NCBI RefSeq assembly: GCF_006345805.1
Contig: NC_043026.1
Location: 8,308,001-8,372,000 of the forward strand
Reading direction: 5' to 3'
Length of the DNA: 64,000 bases
Source of the DNA: Octopus sinensis
Taxonomy: Eukaryota
In this document: positions 23,649-37,460 of the stretch, one piece after another
How the letters are laid out: each line of letters begins with the position of its first letter
How positions within the stretch are numbered: position 1 is the first letter of the stretch
Program-made: the position numbers and the translations under genes
The notes under the pieces: generated by a model
What the model was told of the DNA's origin: nothing
Database searches by the model: none
Seen by the model: the letters and a program-made list of their open reading frames with translations, nothing else

Positions 23649-26600
23649 ATTTGCTACCGAGGTATCGGTTAACCGAATTTTCCATTCTAGGATAATTCAT
23701 TCACCTACTTTTATATATATAATATATAATTGTTGGCGTTAGGAAGGGCATCCAGCTGTAGAAACTCTGCCAGATCAGACTGGAGCCTGGTGCAGCTCCT
23801 GGCTTCCCAGACCCCGGTCGAACCATCCAACCCGTGCTAGCGCGGAAAACGGACGTTAAACGATGATGATGATGATGATGATACTATATTAGAAGGTTTG
23901 GAGATGATGTACAGGTATTTTATATTAGAAGAAATGAGGTACTCAGAAAATCGGATGGTTTATATTTACAGATATTTATTTGTATATTACATGTTTTTAT
24001 ATACATCATATAACTTAGATCATGTATTAGCGCTTTCTCCCATTCTAGTGGGGTTTCCAAATCAAACTAAGTTCCTGTGTGAAAAGTTTTGACCATTTTA
24101 TAGAGGTATTGAGTGTGTAGTGGTGGGGAGGAATATAAGACAGTACAAGAGGGTGAGAAGGATGAGGAGAAAGTGAGAGAGAGAGAGAATGTGTGTGTGT
24201 GTGTGTTTGTATTTGGAATGAGTGCCTTTCATCCAATATCTGTGTTTGTAAGAGGGGACTAAAAAGTTCCTGGTTTGGGGTAAAAGAAAATAGAGGAGGA
24301 TCAGTTAATTATGATTCTATTTAACCCTGTCATTATTTAATTAGAGATGCTCCGTGTTTCTTTTAATTAATCTTTATATATAAAATTGAAGTTGTGTGTG
24401 TGAGACTCTGTCTCCTCCGATTTAGATGAGTCTGAGTTCAATCCACTCACAAGGCTTTGGTTGGCCCGAGACTATAGTCTTGTTTTTATAAGTTTTGAAT
24501 TAAAATCTTCCACCAAACTTTAGTCACAATTTATGTTCCTAACACTAGCTGAATGATAACTAAGTTATAATACTAAATTCTTTGTTATATTTAAAACTAG
24601 CAGTATCGCCCGGCGTTGCTCGGGTTTGTAAGGGAAATAACTATATAAGCATTATTAGAGAGTGTAGAGAGAGGCGCAGAAGAGGCTGGGTGGTAAGTAG
24701 CTTGTTTACCAACCACATGGTTCCAAGTTCAGTCCCACTGCGTGGCACCTTGGGCAAGTGTCTTCTACTATAGCCTCGGGCCGACCAAAGCCTTGTGAGT
24801 GGATTTGGTAGACAGAAACTGAAAGAAGCCCGTTGTATATATGTATATATATATATGCATGTGTGTGTGTTTGTGCCACTAGCATTGCTTGACAACCGAT
24901 GCTGGTGTGTTTATGTCCTCGTCACTTAGCGGTTCGGCAAAAGAGACCGATAGAATAAGTATTGGGCTTACAAAAGAATAAGTCCCGGGGGTCGAGTTGC
25001 TCGATTAAAAAGGCGGTGCTCCAGCATGGCCGCAGTCAAATGACTGAAACAAGTAAAATTTTTAAAAAATAAAATTTAAAAAAATATATAAATGAAGGCG
25101 TGGCTATGTAGTAAGAAGTTTGCTACCCAACCAAATGGTTCCAGGTTCAGTCCCACTGTGTAGCACCTTGGGCAAGTGTCTTCTACTATAACTTCTGATC
25201 GACCAAAGCTTAGTTAGTGGACTTGGTAAACAGAAACTGAAAGAAGCCCGTCGTATATATGTGTATATGTATCCACGTGTGTGTATGGATGTGTGATTTT
25301 GTGTGTGATTGAGAACCGGCATTGGTGTGTTTACATCCCCATAACTTAGCAGTTTGGCCTTAGAAACTGATAGAATAAGTATCGGGATTTTTTTAAAATT
25401 TAAGTACCATGTCCATTTACTCTCTTTTACTCTCTCTTTTACTTGTTTCAGTCATTTGACTGCGGCCATGCTGGAGCACCGCCTTTAGTTGAGCAAATCG
25501 ACCCCCGGGACTTATTCTTTGTAAGCCCAGTACTTATTCTATCGGTCTCTTTTGCCGAACCGCTAAGTGACGGGGACGTAAACACACCAGCATCAGTTGT
25601 CAAGCAATGCTAGGGAGACAAACACAAACACACAAACATATACACACACATACATATACATATATACGCATATATACGACAGTCTTCTTTCAGTTTCCGT
25701 CTACCAAATCCACTCACAAGGCATTGGTCGGCCCGGGGCTATAGCAGAAGACACTTGCCCAAGATGCCACGCAGTGGGACTGAACCCGGAACCATGTGGT
25801 TGGTTAGCAAGCTACTTACCACACAGCCACTCCTTCAAGGTTGTGCCCCAGCATGGACACAATCTAATGACAAACAAGATAAAAAAATACATGCGTGCCA
25901 ATATATGTGCATAACAGTAATAAGAATAACAATGATGATAATGAAAATTATAAATATTATTATTAGTGATAAAATAAAAATAGAGGTGTCAATGTTTTAT
26001 TAATAACAATGAAAGCCACTTTGTATTTTGTGGGGGTCACTGTTTTTAGACAAACCTCCATATCTACAGATATGTTGATATGGATGCTTTTATACCTATC
26101 ATCATCATTATCATCGTTTGAAATCCCATTTTCCCATGCTTGGATGAGTCAGACAAAACTACATTACGACAGTGATTTCATGCCGATCCTTCATCCCTTT
26201 AATGAAAGGGGTTAACCCCTTGACCGATGGAACAATGAAAAGCTTGGAGAGGCTCCCACAGTGAGTTGTAAGTCCGGGGATACTGAAAGAAGCCCGTCAT
26301 GTATATGTATGTATGTGTGTGTGTGTTTGTGTGTGTCTGTCCCCAACAACATCGCTTGACAACCGATGGTGGCGCGTTTACGTCCCCGTAACTTAACGGT
26401 TCGGCAAAAGACACCGATAGAATAAGTACTGGGCTTACAAAGAATAAGTCCCGGGTAGATTTGCTCGACTAAAGGCGGTGCTCCAGCATGGCCTCAGTCA
26501 AATGACTGGGAGAAAATGTCTTGACGTGGACAAACATATGTAAACCCATCAACTCAACTCACAATTCAAACACAACCAGTTACCGGTCCAAATATACCCC

Positions 26601-26898
26601 CCCCCCAGCACATTTCAACTGATAACAAGGTTTGTATTTATACACACCACCGCTTTGTGCTGTCACCACCACCACCCACCTACGCCACACCCCACCACTT
26701 CATATCTCTTTCTACTCTGTGCAAACCCACTCTGTTGACATATAAATATCTATCTATCTATCTATCTATTTATCTACCAACCACATGGTTCCGGGTTCAG
26801 TCCCACTGCGTGGCACCTTGGGCAAGTGTCTTCTATTTATAGCCTCAGGCCGACCAATGCCTCGTGAGTGGATTTGGTAGATGGAAACTGAAAGAAGC

Positions 26899-26934
<36 letters not shown>

Positions 26935-27075
26935 TGGCTGTGTGGTAAGTAGCTTGCTTACCAACCACATGGTTCCGGGTTCAGTCCCACTGTGTGGCAC
27001 CTTGGGCAAGTGTCTTCTACTATAGTTGATTTTGTAGACGGAAACTGAAAGAAGCCCGTCGTATATATGTATGTG

Positions 27076-27127
<52 letters not shown>

Positions 27128-27965
27128 TCCCCCTAGCATTGCTTGACAACCGATGCTGGTGTGTTTACGTCGCCGTCACCTAGCGGTTCGGCAAAAGAGA
27201 CCGATAGAATAAGTACTTGGCTTACAAAGAATAAGTCCCGGAGTCGATTTGCTCGACTAAAGGCGGTGCTCCAGCATGGCCGCAGTCAAATGACTGAAAC
27301 AAGTAAAAGAGAGAGAGAGAGAGAGCAATTGCTTTCTCCATAGTCATATTCCAATGATGACCATATTTGTCGCAAAAAATCACGCAGAGTAGGAAAAAAA
27401 AATTATTACAAATAATCGCTGGATTTCACAATTAATTTTGATTATTCCTAAAGTAAATAAAAATTGTTATCATACAAAAAAAATTACATAACAAAAAAAA
27501 ACAAACAAAAAAAAAAAAAAAATCACTGCAAATTATCGCAGTAATGAAAATCCAAAATTTCAGGGTCCGGATTTGGACCCAGAATATTTTTGATTTACTC
27601 ACAGAGTCAGCCAGATTCCACAATGGTATGATATGTTAGGCTACAGCCTGTAGGAGTAAAGTTGAAAAAGTGTGACACACTGACACACACATTTATTATA
27701 TTAGATACATACATACATATCATCATCACCATCATCATCGTTTAACATCTGTATGGGTAGGATGGTTGACAGGAGCCGGCCAGGTAGAAAACTACCCAAG
27801 GCTACTGTGTCTGTTTTGGCTGGATTTTTACAGTTGTATGCCCTTCCCAACACCTAGCCTTCTTCAGTGTGGACTAGATGCTTTTTATGTGGCACACACA
27901 GAGTATATAGACATGCCCATGTATTATTTACCTACCATGAACACAATATCCTATATGCTTGTATA

Positions 27966-28553
27966 AAACCATTGCAGCGTGGAAGGTGTTTATAAGCCAC
28001 TAGCAGTATCGCCCGGCGTTGCTGGGGTTTGTAAGGGAAATAACTATATAAGCATTTTTAGAGAGTTACTTCCCTTATATAACCCAAGCAAAAATCATTA
28101 AGAATACGGAAAAATGATGGTAAATTTTTTGTTAAATCGTAGACTCATCATAGATGCGCGCTAATACCCGGAAGGGCTCGATATGAATCACGACTATAAG
28201 ATACCCGCTTTTGGTTAAACTGCACCACAAAATGTGGGAGTAGTTAGGAATCTAAATCGGAGGAGACAGAGTCTCACACACACAACCGTTAGATTCACTT
28301 CAACATTTAAATTCAATTTGTCGAAATATTTTCGTCGCTTTGTGACCGCGACCTGTTCACTGACAAAACTTCGTACATATATATCATGAACTAACTGTTA
28401 CTTCCTCAGATGCAGCACGAAGTTTTGTCAGTGAACAGGTCGCGGTCTCAAAGCGACGAAACTATTTTGACAAATTAAATGTTGAAGTGAATCTAACGGT
28501 TTTTGTGCGTTTCTTAAATGGCTTATAAACACCTTCCATGCTGCAATTGTTTT
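27966..28553. mobile_element. Foldback element with a Helitron inserted into its left arm
   Basis: Inner arms 28285-28374 and 28416-28500; outer arms 27966-27999 and 28518-28553. Confidence 0.8.
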
Positions 28554-28854
28554 CGTCCCAGCACGCGATCTGAGATCAAGTCACTTGCTATGCAAGTACA
28601 TCTCCGTAATTGTATAAAAACCATTCGCAAAAAAAAAAAACCAACATATGCTATGTGAATGTCTCTTATTAGAATAAAATGCTGATTATTTTTTTAGTGC
28701 CACTCCTCAGTACCAGACGCCTGGTCTGCTGGAAATGATAGCAGCTCGCTTCTACACACAATATTATATTTCAAGCGAACACACAGTCACTGATTTTGAA
28801 ACAAACAAAATTGCTACTTTTAAAATATCAGGATGTACAAACTTCCATATGCTT

Positions 28855-29165
28855 TATTATTATTATTATCATTATTATTATTAATTAATTATTATATTAT
28901 TATTATCATTATTATTATTAATTAATTATTATATTATTATTATCATCATTATTAATTATTCTTTTTATTTATTATCATTAATTAATTATTATTATTTATT
29001 TATTATTAATTAATTATTATCATTATTAATTAATTATTATTTATTTATTATTAATTAATTAATATCATTATTAATTAATTAATATTATTATTAATTAATT
29101 AATATATCATTATTATTATTAATTATTATTATTATTATTATTAATTATTATTATTATTATTAAAA
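28855..29165. repeat. (TTA/ATT)n low-complexity tract
   Basis: Nearly pure A/T degenerate trinucleotide repeat. Confidence 0.95.
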
Positions 29166-29508
29166 TGAATAGAAAAGTAGTGAGCTGGCTGAATTGTTAG
29201 GACAGCAGGCAAAATGCTAAGCAGTATTTCATTCACCCTTATGTTCTGAGTTCAAATTCTGCCGAGGTTGACTTTACCTTTCATCTTCGTTTTTGTAAAT
29301 TCTCACTATATATATATATATATATTATATATACACACACACAAAGATACCAAATATGGGGGAGGTTTGTTCAGAGGTGATCTAAACGATGTATGTATGT
29401 ATATATATATATAATATATATATATATATTATATATATATATATTACACACACACAAAGATACCAAATATGGGGGAGGTTTGTTCAGAGGTGATCTAAAC
29501 GATGTATG

Positions 29509-29574
<66 letters not shown>

Positions 29575-31499
29575 ATATTTACCTACAACAAACACACACA
29601 CACACACACATACAATATCCTGTATGTTTGTATACTCTTTTTACTCTTTTACTTGTTTCAGTCATTTGACTGCGGCCATGCTGGAGCACCGCCTTTTTAG
29701 TCGAGCAACTCGATCCCCGGGACTTATTCTTTTCTAAGCCCAGTACTTATTCTATCGGTCTCTATTGCCGAACCGCTAAGTAACGGGGACATAAACACAC
29801 CAGCATCGGTTGTCAAGCAATGCTAAGGGGACAAACACAGACACACAAACGCACATATATATATATATACATATATACGACGGGCTTCTTTCAGTTTCCA
29901 TCTACCAAATCCACTCACAAGGCTTTGGTCGGCCCGAGGCTATAGTAGAAGACACTTGCCCAAGGTGCCACGCAGTGGGACTGAACCCGGAACCATGTGG
30001 TTCATAAGCAAGCTACTTACCACACACTCACTCCTACGCCTATATATATATATATATATATATATGCGACGGGCTTCTTTCAGTTTCCGTCTATAAAATC
30101 CACTCACAAGGCTTTTGTCAGCCCAAGGCTATAGTAGAAGACACTTGCCCAAGGTGCCACGCAGTGGGACTGAACTCGGAACCATGTGATTGGTAAAGAA
30201 GCTACTTACCACAAAACCATTTTGTGAGTATCTCTCACTAGATTAGAACGCAGACTGACAACCCACAAATACATGTATTCATGCACATAAACAATAAACG
30301 TATAATAGTTCTTGAAATTCATGGCAAGTTTCCAAACCCATTTTGTGTGTAGGAATGAAACTGGATAACTTGCAAAATGTCTGGATGAAGTAAGGCAAGG
30401 AGCTGTTTTCTCATTCATTATATTCAGCATGACTTTCCAACACCTTTATAAACAACATTGATTCACGTACAGGCAACACTTCCAGCTATTCTCCACACTA
30501 CTAATCTTTATATATATACTAGCAGTATTGCCCGGCGTTGCTCGGGTTTGTAAGGGAAATAACTATAAAGCATTTTTAGAGAGTTATAGCCAAAAAATAG
30601 CAAAAAAGATGATGGTAAATTTTTTTTTTGAGAGTTAAAAAGGTCGAGTTGCTTCCCCTAGACAGTCTGTGGTTTGTGTTTCTGATTCTCGACCCCATGT
30701 CGAATTTATCGATTTTTTTCCAGAACTGGGGGAACTTTTCAAAATTTTTGCTGCGTTAGTTTTGAATTATGACATTGGGCTATGTGTGTGTCAAGTTTCA
30801 TCAGAATTAGTTGAAAGCCATGGTCAGGGAGAGGGTACAACCTAACAGACACACAGACAAACTGCCGTTTATATAGAGAGAGATAAAACTGAGAATGTGT
30901 GTCAGTCTGTCTGTCTGTGTTTCCCTAAAACTTGAAAACTACACAACCAATTTCATTCAAATTTTACACATGCCTTACTTAGGGTCCATGTAGTTTCATG
31001 GGCAAAAAAAATGTTCAAAGCAATATCATATCTTCACTATTACGTGTTAAAAGTGAAACAAAAATATTTCTCTATCTTATGTCAGATGCTTCACTTTAAC
31101 AATAAAAATAATAATAACAATTGAATTATATGTAGTAAGTAATAATTAAAAGCAAACTAAAGTATAATATAATCGTAACATAATAAAAAAGTAAAAATAG
31201 CAATTGGTATAAAATTGCATCAATGATTTGAACTTGAATAAGTGGTTTCACATGAATGGGAATAAATTAAAAATAAAATTAGCGTGCAGAAATGGAATAG
31301 TCCAGATGGATAATAAAAAATTAAATTAAAGAAAAGACCATTGTCTATAAAGTATACAATGTAGAGAAAAAAGAAGAGCTAACAATTCCTGTCTGTTATA
31401 TATTTTGAGTATTGTTATCACTAGCGATATCAAGATGTAACTTTGTATTTTGCATTTTGTGTATAGATGTATATATATATAGATGTACATGTAATATGT

Positions 31500-31543
<44 letters not shown>

Positions 31544-33004
31544 AGACATATATACATGCACTAGCACTATGACCCGCAACGACGGGTCTTTAATGCCAGT
31601 ATAACTATAGACCTATGTTGATCTCCAAGAAAACCTGGATACTAGAACCTCAGGCTTATCTCCTGTCTTGTGGTGACCCCAACTTTAGCTGGGATAAGTA
31701 AACCCTTCAGTATTCAGATTACTCTGTCAAACATAATACTTTTTATAACAAAATCTTTTTTAAAAAACTGGAAATATAATGATGAGAAAATAATAGGCAT
31801 ATTTTCATTTCTTTTTTTTTTTAAATATGTTTTTATCCAAATCGGAATCGAAATTGAACCAATCCTATGACTGGCACCCGGCAGTTGCCAGGACCGCTGG
31901 ACTGACTCCTGTGCAGGTGGCAAGTGAAGAAACACCATTTCGACCCTGTGCTTGAGGAGATCCATTGAGTCAAGTACACCGACATCAAAATCAATGGAAA
32001 CTGTAGTTGTGATCCCTGTGCCGGTGGCAAGTAAAAAGCACCATCTGAATGTGGCCGATGCCAGCGCCGCCTAGACAGACTTCCGTGCCGGTGGCACGTA
32101 AAATGCACCATCTGAACATGGCCGATGCCAGTGCCGCCTAGACTGGCTTCCGTGCCGGTGGCACGTAAAAAGCACCATCCGAATCGTGGCCGATTGCCAG
32201 ACTCCCCTGGCACCTGTGCAGGTGACACATAAAAAGCACCCACTACACTCACGGAGTGGTTGGTGTTAGGAAGGGCATCCAGCTGTAGAAACACTGCCAG
32301 ATCAGACTGGGCCTGGTGCAGCCTTCTGGCTCCCCAGACCCCAGTTGAACCGTCCAACCCATGCTAGCATGGAAAAACGGACGTTAAACGATGATGATGA
32401 TGATTCCTATATTTCGTTATATTATTACTATCTTTATATATTCATATATTTTCATGGTTTTAATACATCAACATGTGTTTTATTTTGGTCAATTTTTATC
32501 TTAATTAAATCCATACACATGTGTTCATTATAGTTTGCCTGACTTAAACTTTTCTCATTTCACTTATTATTCTTGTCTAATGTCTCTGGCTCAACTGGAG
32601 CACTTCAATGCGGTCCGAGTGTTTCATAAGAAAAATATAACAATGTACATGTACGTGTGTATATAAAATGTAAGCATTGTAGCCAGTTTGCAAGCAACAA
32701 CCGGGTGGATATGTGAAACCCTGATTTATAACTGCAGACAGGCGAGGGACTGTAATCCACTTAAACAAATGTAAATTCCACTTTCTGGTAACACTGGACA
32801 ATTGATACTGCCTGTAACGAATACCCGGGTACATGCTCCTGCTCATACAGCTATGTACAAGACGCACAATCGTTTGACCAAATTGCACAATCTGTTACAT
32901 ATCTGATATCAACATGCCACGTAATACTAAATTCTTCGTTATATTTAAAGTAATTGAAAGAAATACAGAGCATCTCAAAATAAATATGGTAATGAAAGGG
33001 TTAA

Positions 33005-33410
33005 TGGAATGTGAAGACGCAGGCTGCAAAGCGGAACATTTTCCAATCGAAGTCGGATGTAGAGGGTTTGTTGGACACAGTGTGAGACGAATGTTGCTAT
33101 CGCTAAGCCTAACTCATTGTAAAGTCAATACCACCATCACCGATATCCAATCTACAATGGGGAAGGCTAGCCACTGGATTTGGTTAAAAAGAGACGATGA
33201 GCGATGGCTAGAAGGATATTGAGTTTAACTTCATAACCAGCTGATCTAGCAAGCGGGGCCTCATACCAGTGAGGGGGGCCGGTGCGCATTGATGCCGTCG
33301 AGAGGTAGGCCCCGAAATGGAGAAGGCTAGCCACTGGATTTGGTGAAAAAGAGACGATGAGCGATGGGTAGAAGGATATTGAGTTTAACTTCATAACCAG
33401 CTGATCTCTC
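33005..33410 (+). mobile_element. 3' fragment of a restriction-like-endonuclease non-LTR retrotransposon (HERO/NeSL-like), with a duplicated 3' segment
   Basis: CEDAGCKAEHFPIEVGCRGF...ASHWIWLKR; segment 33158-33247 is repeated at 33318-33407 and ends in (TA)n. Confidence 0.65.
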
Positions 33411-33412
33411 TC

Positions 33413-33461
<49 letters not shown>

Positions 33462-33607
33462 TATATATATCATAGGTGCAGGAGTGACTGTGTGGTAAGT
33501 AGCTTGTTTACCAACCACATGGTGCCGGGTTCAGTCCCACTACGTGGCACCTTGGGCCGACCAAAGCCTTGATTGGATTTGGTAGACGGAAACTGAAAGA
33601 AGCCCAT

Positions 33608-33660
<53 letters not shown>

Positions 33661-35676
33661 TAGGTGCAGGAGTGGCTGTGTGGTAAGTAGCTTGTTTACC
33701 AACCACATGGTGCCGGGTTCAGTCCCACTACGTGGCACCTTGGGCCGACCAAAGCCTTGTGAATGGATTTGGTAGACGGAAACTGAAAGAAGCCCGTTGT
33801 ATATATATATATATATATATATAATCATAGGTGCAGGAGTGGCTGAGTGGTAAGTAGCTTGTGAGTGGATTTGGTAGACGGAAACTGAAAGAAGCCCGTC
33901 GTATATATGTATATGTATATGCATGTGTGTGTGTTTGTCCCCCTAGCATTGCTTGACAACCGATGCTGGTGTGTTTATGTCCCCGTTACTTAGCGGTTCA
34001 GCAAAAGAGACCAATAGAATAAGTACTGGGCTTACAAAATAATAAGTCCCGGTGTCAATTTGCTTGATTAAAGGTGGTGCTCCAGCATGGCCGCAGTCAA
34101 ATGACTGAAACAAGTTAAAGAGTAAAGAGAGAGAGTATATACATACGCACATACACATATAGGAGTGGCTGTGTGGTAAGTAGCTTGCCTACCAACCACA
34201 TGGTTCTGAGTTCAGTCCCACTGCGTGGCACCTTGGGCAAATGTCATTTACTACAGCCTCAGGCCAACCAAAGCCTTTTGAGTGAATTAGGTAGACGGAA
34301 ACTGAAAGAAGCCCATTGAATATATGTGTGTGTGTTTGTCTGTTTGTGTCCCCACCATCGCTTGACAACCGATGCTGGTGTGTTTATATCCTTGTAACTT
34401 AGCGGTTCGGCAAAAGGGACCGATAGGATAAGTACTAGGCTTACAAAGAATAAGTCATAGGGTTGACTTGCTTGACTAAAGGCAGTGCTCCAGCATGGCC
34501 GCAGCCAAATGATAAATACTCTCTCTCTTTACTCTTACTTGTTTCAGTCATTTGACTGCGGCCATGCCGGAGCACCGCCTTTAGTCGAGCAAATCGACCC
34601 TGGAACTTATTCTTTGTAAGCCCTGGACTTATTCTATCGGTCTCTTATGTCATTTACTTGTATATATGTGTATATATACTACATATATATACACATATAT
34701 ACGACGGGCTTCTTTCAGTTTCCATCTACCAAATCCACTCACAAGGGTTTGGTCGGCCTGAAGGCTATAGTAGAAGACACTTGCCCAAGGTGCCACGCAG
34801 TGGGACTGAACCTGGAACCATGTAGTTCGTAAGCAAGCTACTTACCACACAGCCACTCCTGCGCTTTTAAAAAATGTATAAAAAAAAGGAAGAAAACACA
34901 CACAAACTCAATATTTCTTTGTTTTCATGCTTTTTTAAAATTCAGCCTGAGCAAGCAACTAAAACTCAGATATGGGTGAACACACCAAGGCCAGCACTAG
35001 GAAGAAATTCCAACCATGACAATCCTACAAGTAAACAACAAAAGAAACAAAAAGGAAACAAGCGGACTCACAAAGCACAGGTATGTTTGTATGTGTGGTT
35101 AGGTTGTTGACCGTGTCCTTGAGTTCTGAGTTCAGTCCCACTGTAGGACACCTAGAGAAACATCTCCACTAAGGCCTTACATGTGGACTCCTTGAATGGG
35201 AAACTTATGACCATCAAATCATCATCGTTTAATGTCCGTTCTCCATGCTAGCATGGGTTGGACGGTTCGACCGGGGATCTGGGAAGCCAGAAGGCTGCAC
35301 CAGGCTCCAGTCTGATTTGGCAGTGTTTCTAACAGCTGGATGCCCTTCCTAACGCCAACCACTCTGTGAGTGTAGTGGGTGCTTTTTACGTGCCACCTAC
35401 ACAGGTGCCAGGCGAGGCTGGCAAATGGCCACGATCAGATTGGTGCATTTTACATGCCACTGGCACGGATGCCAGTCGAGGCGGCACTGGCATCAGCCAC
35501 GATTCGGATGGTGCTTTTTACGTGCCACCGGCATGGATGCCAGTCAAGGTGACACACACTCATATTCGTTCATTCCTCATCTTTGCCTGCTTAATCCTGG
35601 GAGGGTCATGGTGGGTGTACCAGTGGGGTGGGATTGGGGAGCAGAGTCCTCAAGCTTGTCTCTCATCGGAGCCTGT

Positions 35677-36081
35677 CAGAAACAACTGAAGACGTTCGAC
35701 CTTTATTCTCTAGAAAAACGATGACGCCGTGGTGATCTCATTCTTGCTCACAACATCATAAGCGGAAAGTGTAACCTCTCGAAAGAGCTGTTCTTCACTC
35801 CTGCTCCAGAGCGTTGGCTGCGGGGTCACTCCGAAAAGCTCTATCTGCGACGATTTCATCTCAATCGAAGGAGAGGGGCTTTCTCCGTCCGGGTTGCGGA
35901 TCCGTGGAATAAGCTGCCAGACGAGATAGTGAAGATGCCGACGACCGCTCGGTTCAAAGTCTCTCTTGACCAGAAATGGCCTGAACTCTTTGCATGAACA
36001 CCCTCCCTGTACATAACTCCATGTCCCCCTACATGGCCTTGCTTTTTGCTTTTTGAGCCAAAAAATTAACTAACTAACTAA
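35677..36081 (+). mobile_element. 5'-truncated CR1/L2-type LINE with (TAAC)n tail, flanked by CTGT direct repeats
   Basis: LYSLEKR*RRGDLI...RGHSEKL...FSVRVADPWNKLP; CTGT at 35673-35676 and 36082-36085. Confidence 0.85.
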
Positions 36082-36476
36082 CTGTTACCAAATGGTGGTT
36101 GTTGGGTCTCCAAGTGAGACCAACCCAGCTCATTGCTGGTTCGCCCCTCAGACACTGTAAAACCTATCCAGCAGTTTTTTCCAAGACATTCTTACCACAC
36201 GTCTGTGTTATTGGATCTGTGATCCCTAAATTTGCAGAGGTAGTATCTCTATCTGGAGCACCTCTCTGACCTGTGGGCAACACACTTTAATAAGTAACAT
36301 TACTTCACAGACCCTGTGGAGGAATCCCATCTTAGCTATTTATCATCCTCATCAATTAGAATCCATTTGCCATGCTGGCATGGGTTGGACGGTTTGACTG
36401 GAACTGGTAAGCCAGAGAGCTGCACCAGTCTTCTATGGCTGAATGCCCTTCCCAATGCCAACTACTCCAAAATGAG

Positions 36477-37460
36477 CACCCTTCACGTGTCACCGGCTTG
36501 GGTGCCCTTCACGTGTCACCGGCACGGGTGCCCTTCACGTGTCACCGGCACGGGTGCCCTTCAAATGTCACCGGCACGGGTGCCCTTCAAATGTCACCGG
36601 CACGGGTGCCCTTCGAATGTCACCGGCACGGGTGCCCTTCGAATGTCACCGGCACGGGTGCCCTTCATGTGTCACCGGCATGGGTGCCCTTCATGTGTCA
36701 CCGGCATGGGTGCCCTTCATGTGTCACCGGCACGGGTGCCCTTCATGTGTCACCGGCACGGGTGCCCTTCATGTGTCACCGGCACGGGTGCCCTTCATGT
36801 GTCACCGGCACGGGTGTCTTTCGAATGTCACCGGCATGGGTGCCCTTCGAATGTCACTGGCATGGGTGCCCTTCGAATGTCACTGGCATGGGTGCCCTTC
36901 GAATGTCACTGGCACGGGTGCCCTTCGAATGTCACTGGCACGGGTGCCCTTCGAATGTCACTGGCACGGGTGCCCTTCGAATGTCACTGGCACGGGTGCC
37001 CTTCGAATGTCACTGGCACGGGTGCCCTTCGAATGTCACTGGCACGGGTGCCCTTCGAATGTCACTGGCACGGGTGCCCTTCGAATGTCACTGGCAGGGT
37101 GCCTTCGAATGTCACTGGCACGGGTGCCCTCGAATGTCACTGGCACGGGTGCCCTTCGAATGTCACTGGCACGGGTGCCCTTCGAATGTCACTGGCACGG
37201 GTGCCCTTCGAATGTCACTGGCACGGGTGCCCTTCGAATGTCACTGGCACGCGCGCCCTTCGAATGTCACTGGCACGCGCGCCCTTCACGTGTCACTGGC
37301 ACAGGCGCCCTTCACGTGTCACTGGCACAGGCGCCCTTCACGTGTCACTGGCACAGGCGCCCTTCACGTGTCACTGGCACAGGCGCCCTTCACGTGTCAC
37401 TGGCACAGGCGCCCTTCACGTGTCACCGGCATGGGTGCCCTTCGAATGTCACTGGCACGG
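36477..37460. repeat. 26-bp minisatellite, about 38 copies, inside an RTE-tailed element
   Basis: TGTCACYGGCACGGGTGCCCTTCRWR units; they explain the 455-, 421- and 310-aa ORFs in the track. Confidence 0.95.

Noticed and set aside
33238-33320. Possible hammerhead (CTGATCTA ... GGGGCCT/AGGCCCC GAAA)
   Set aside because: The core is not CUGANGA adjacent to stem II, and the GAAA lies at a duplication junction.
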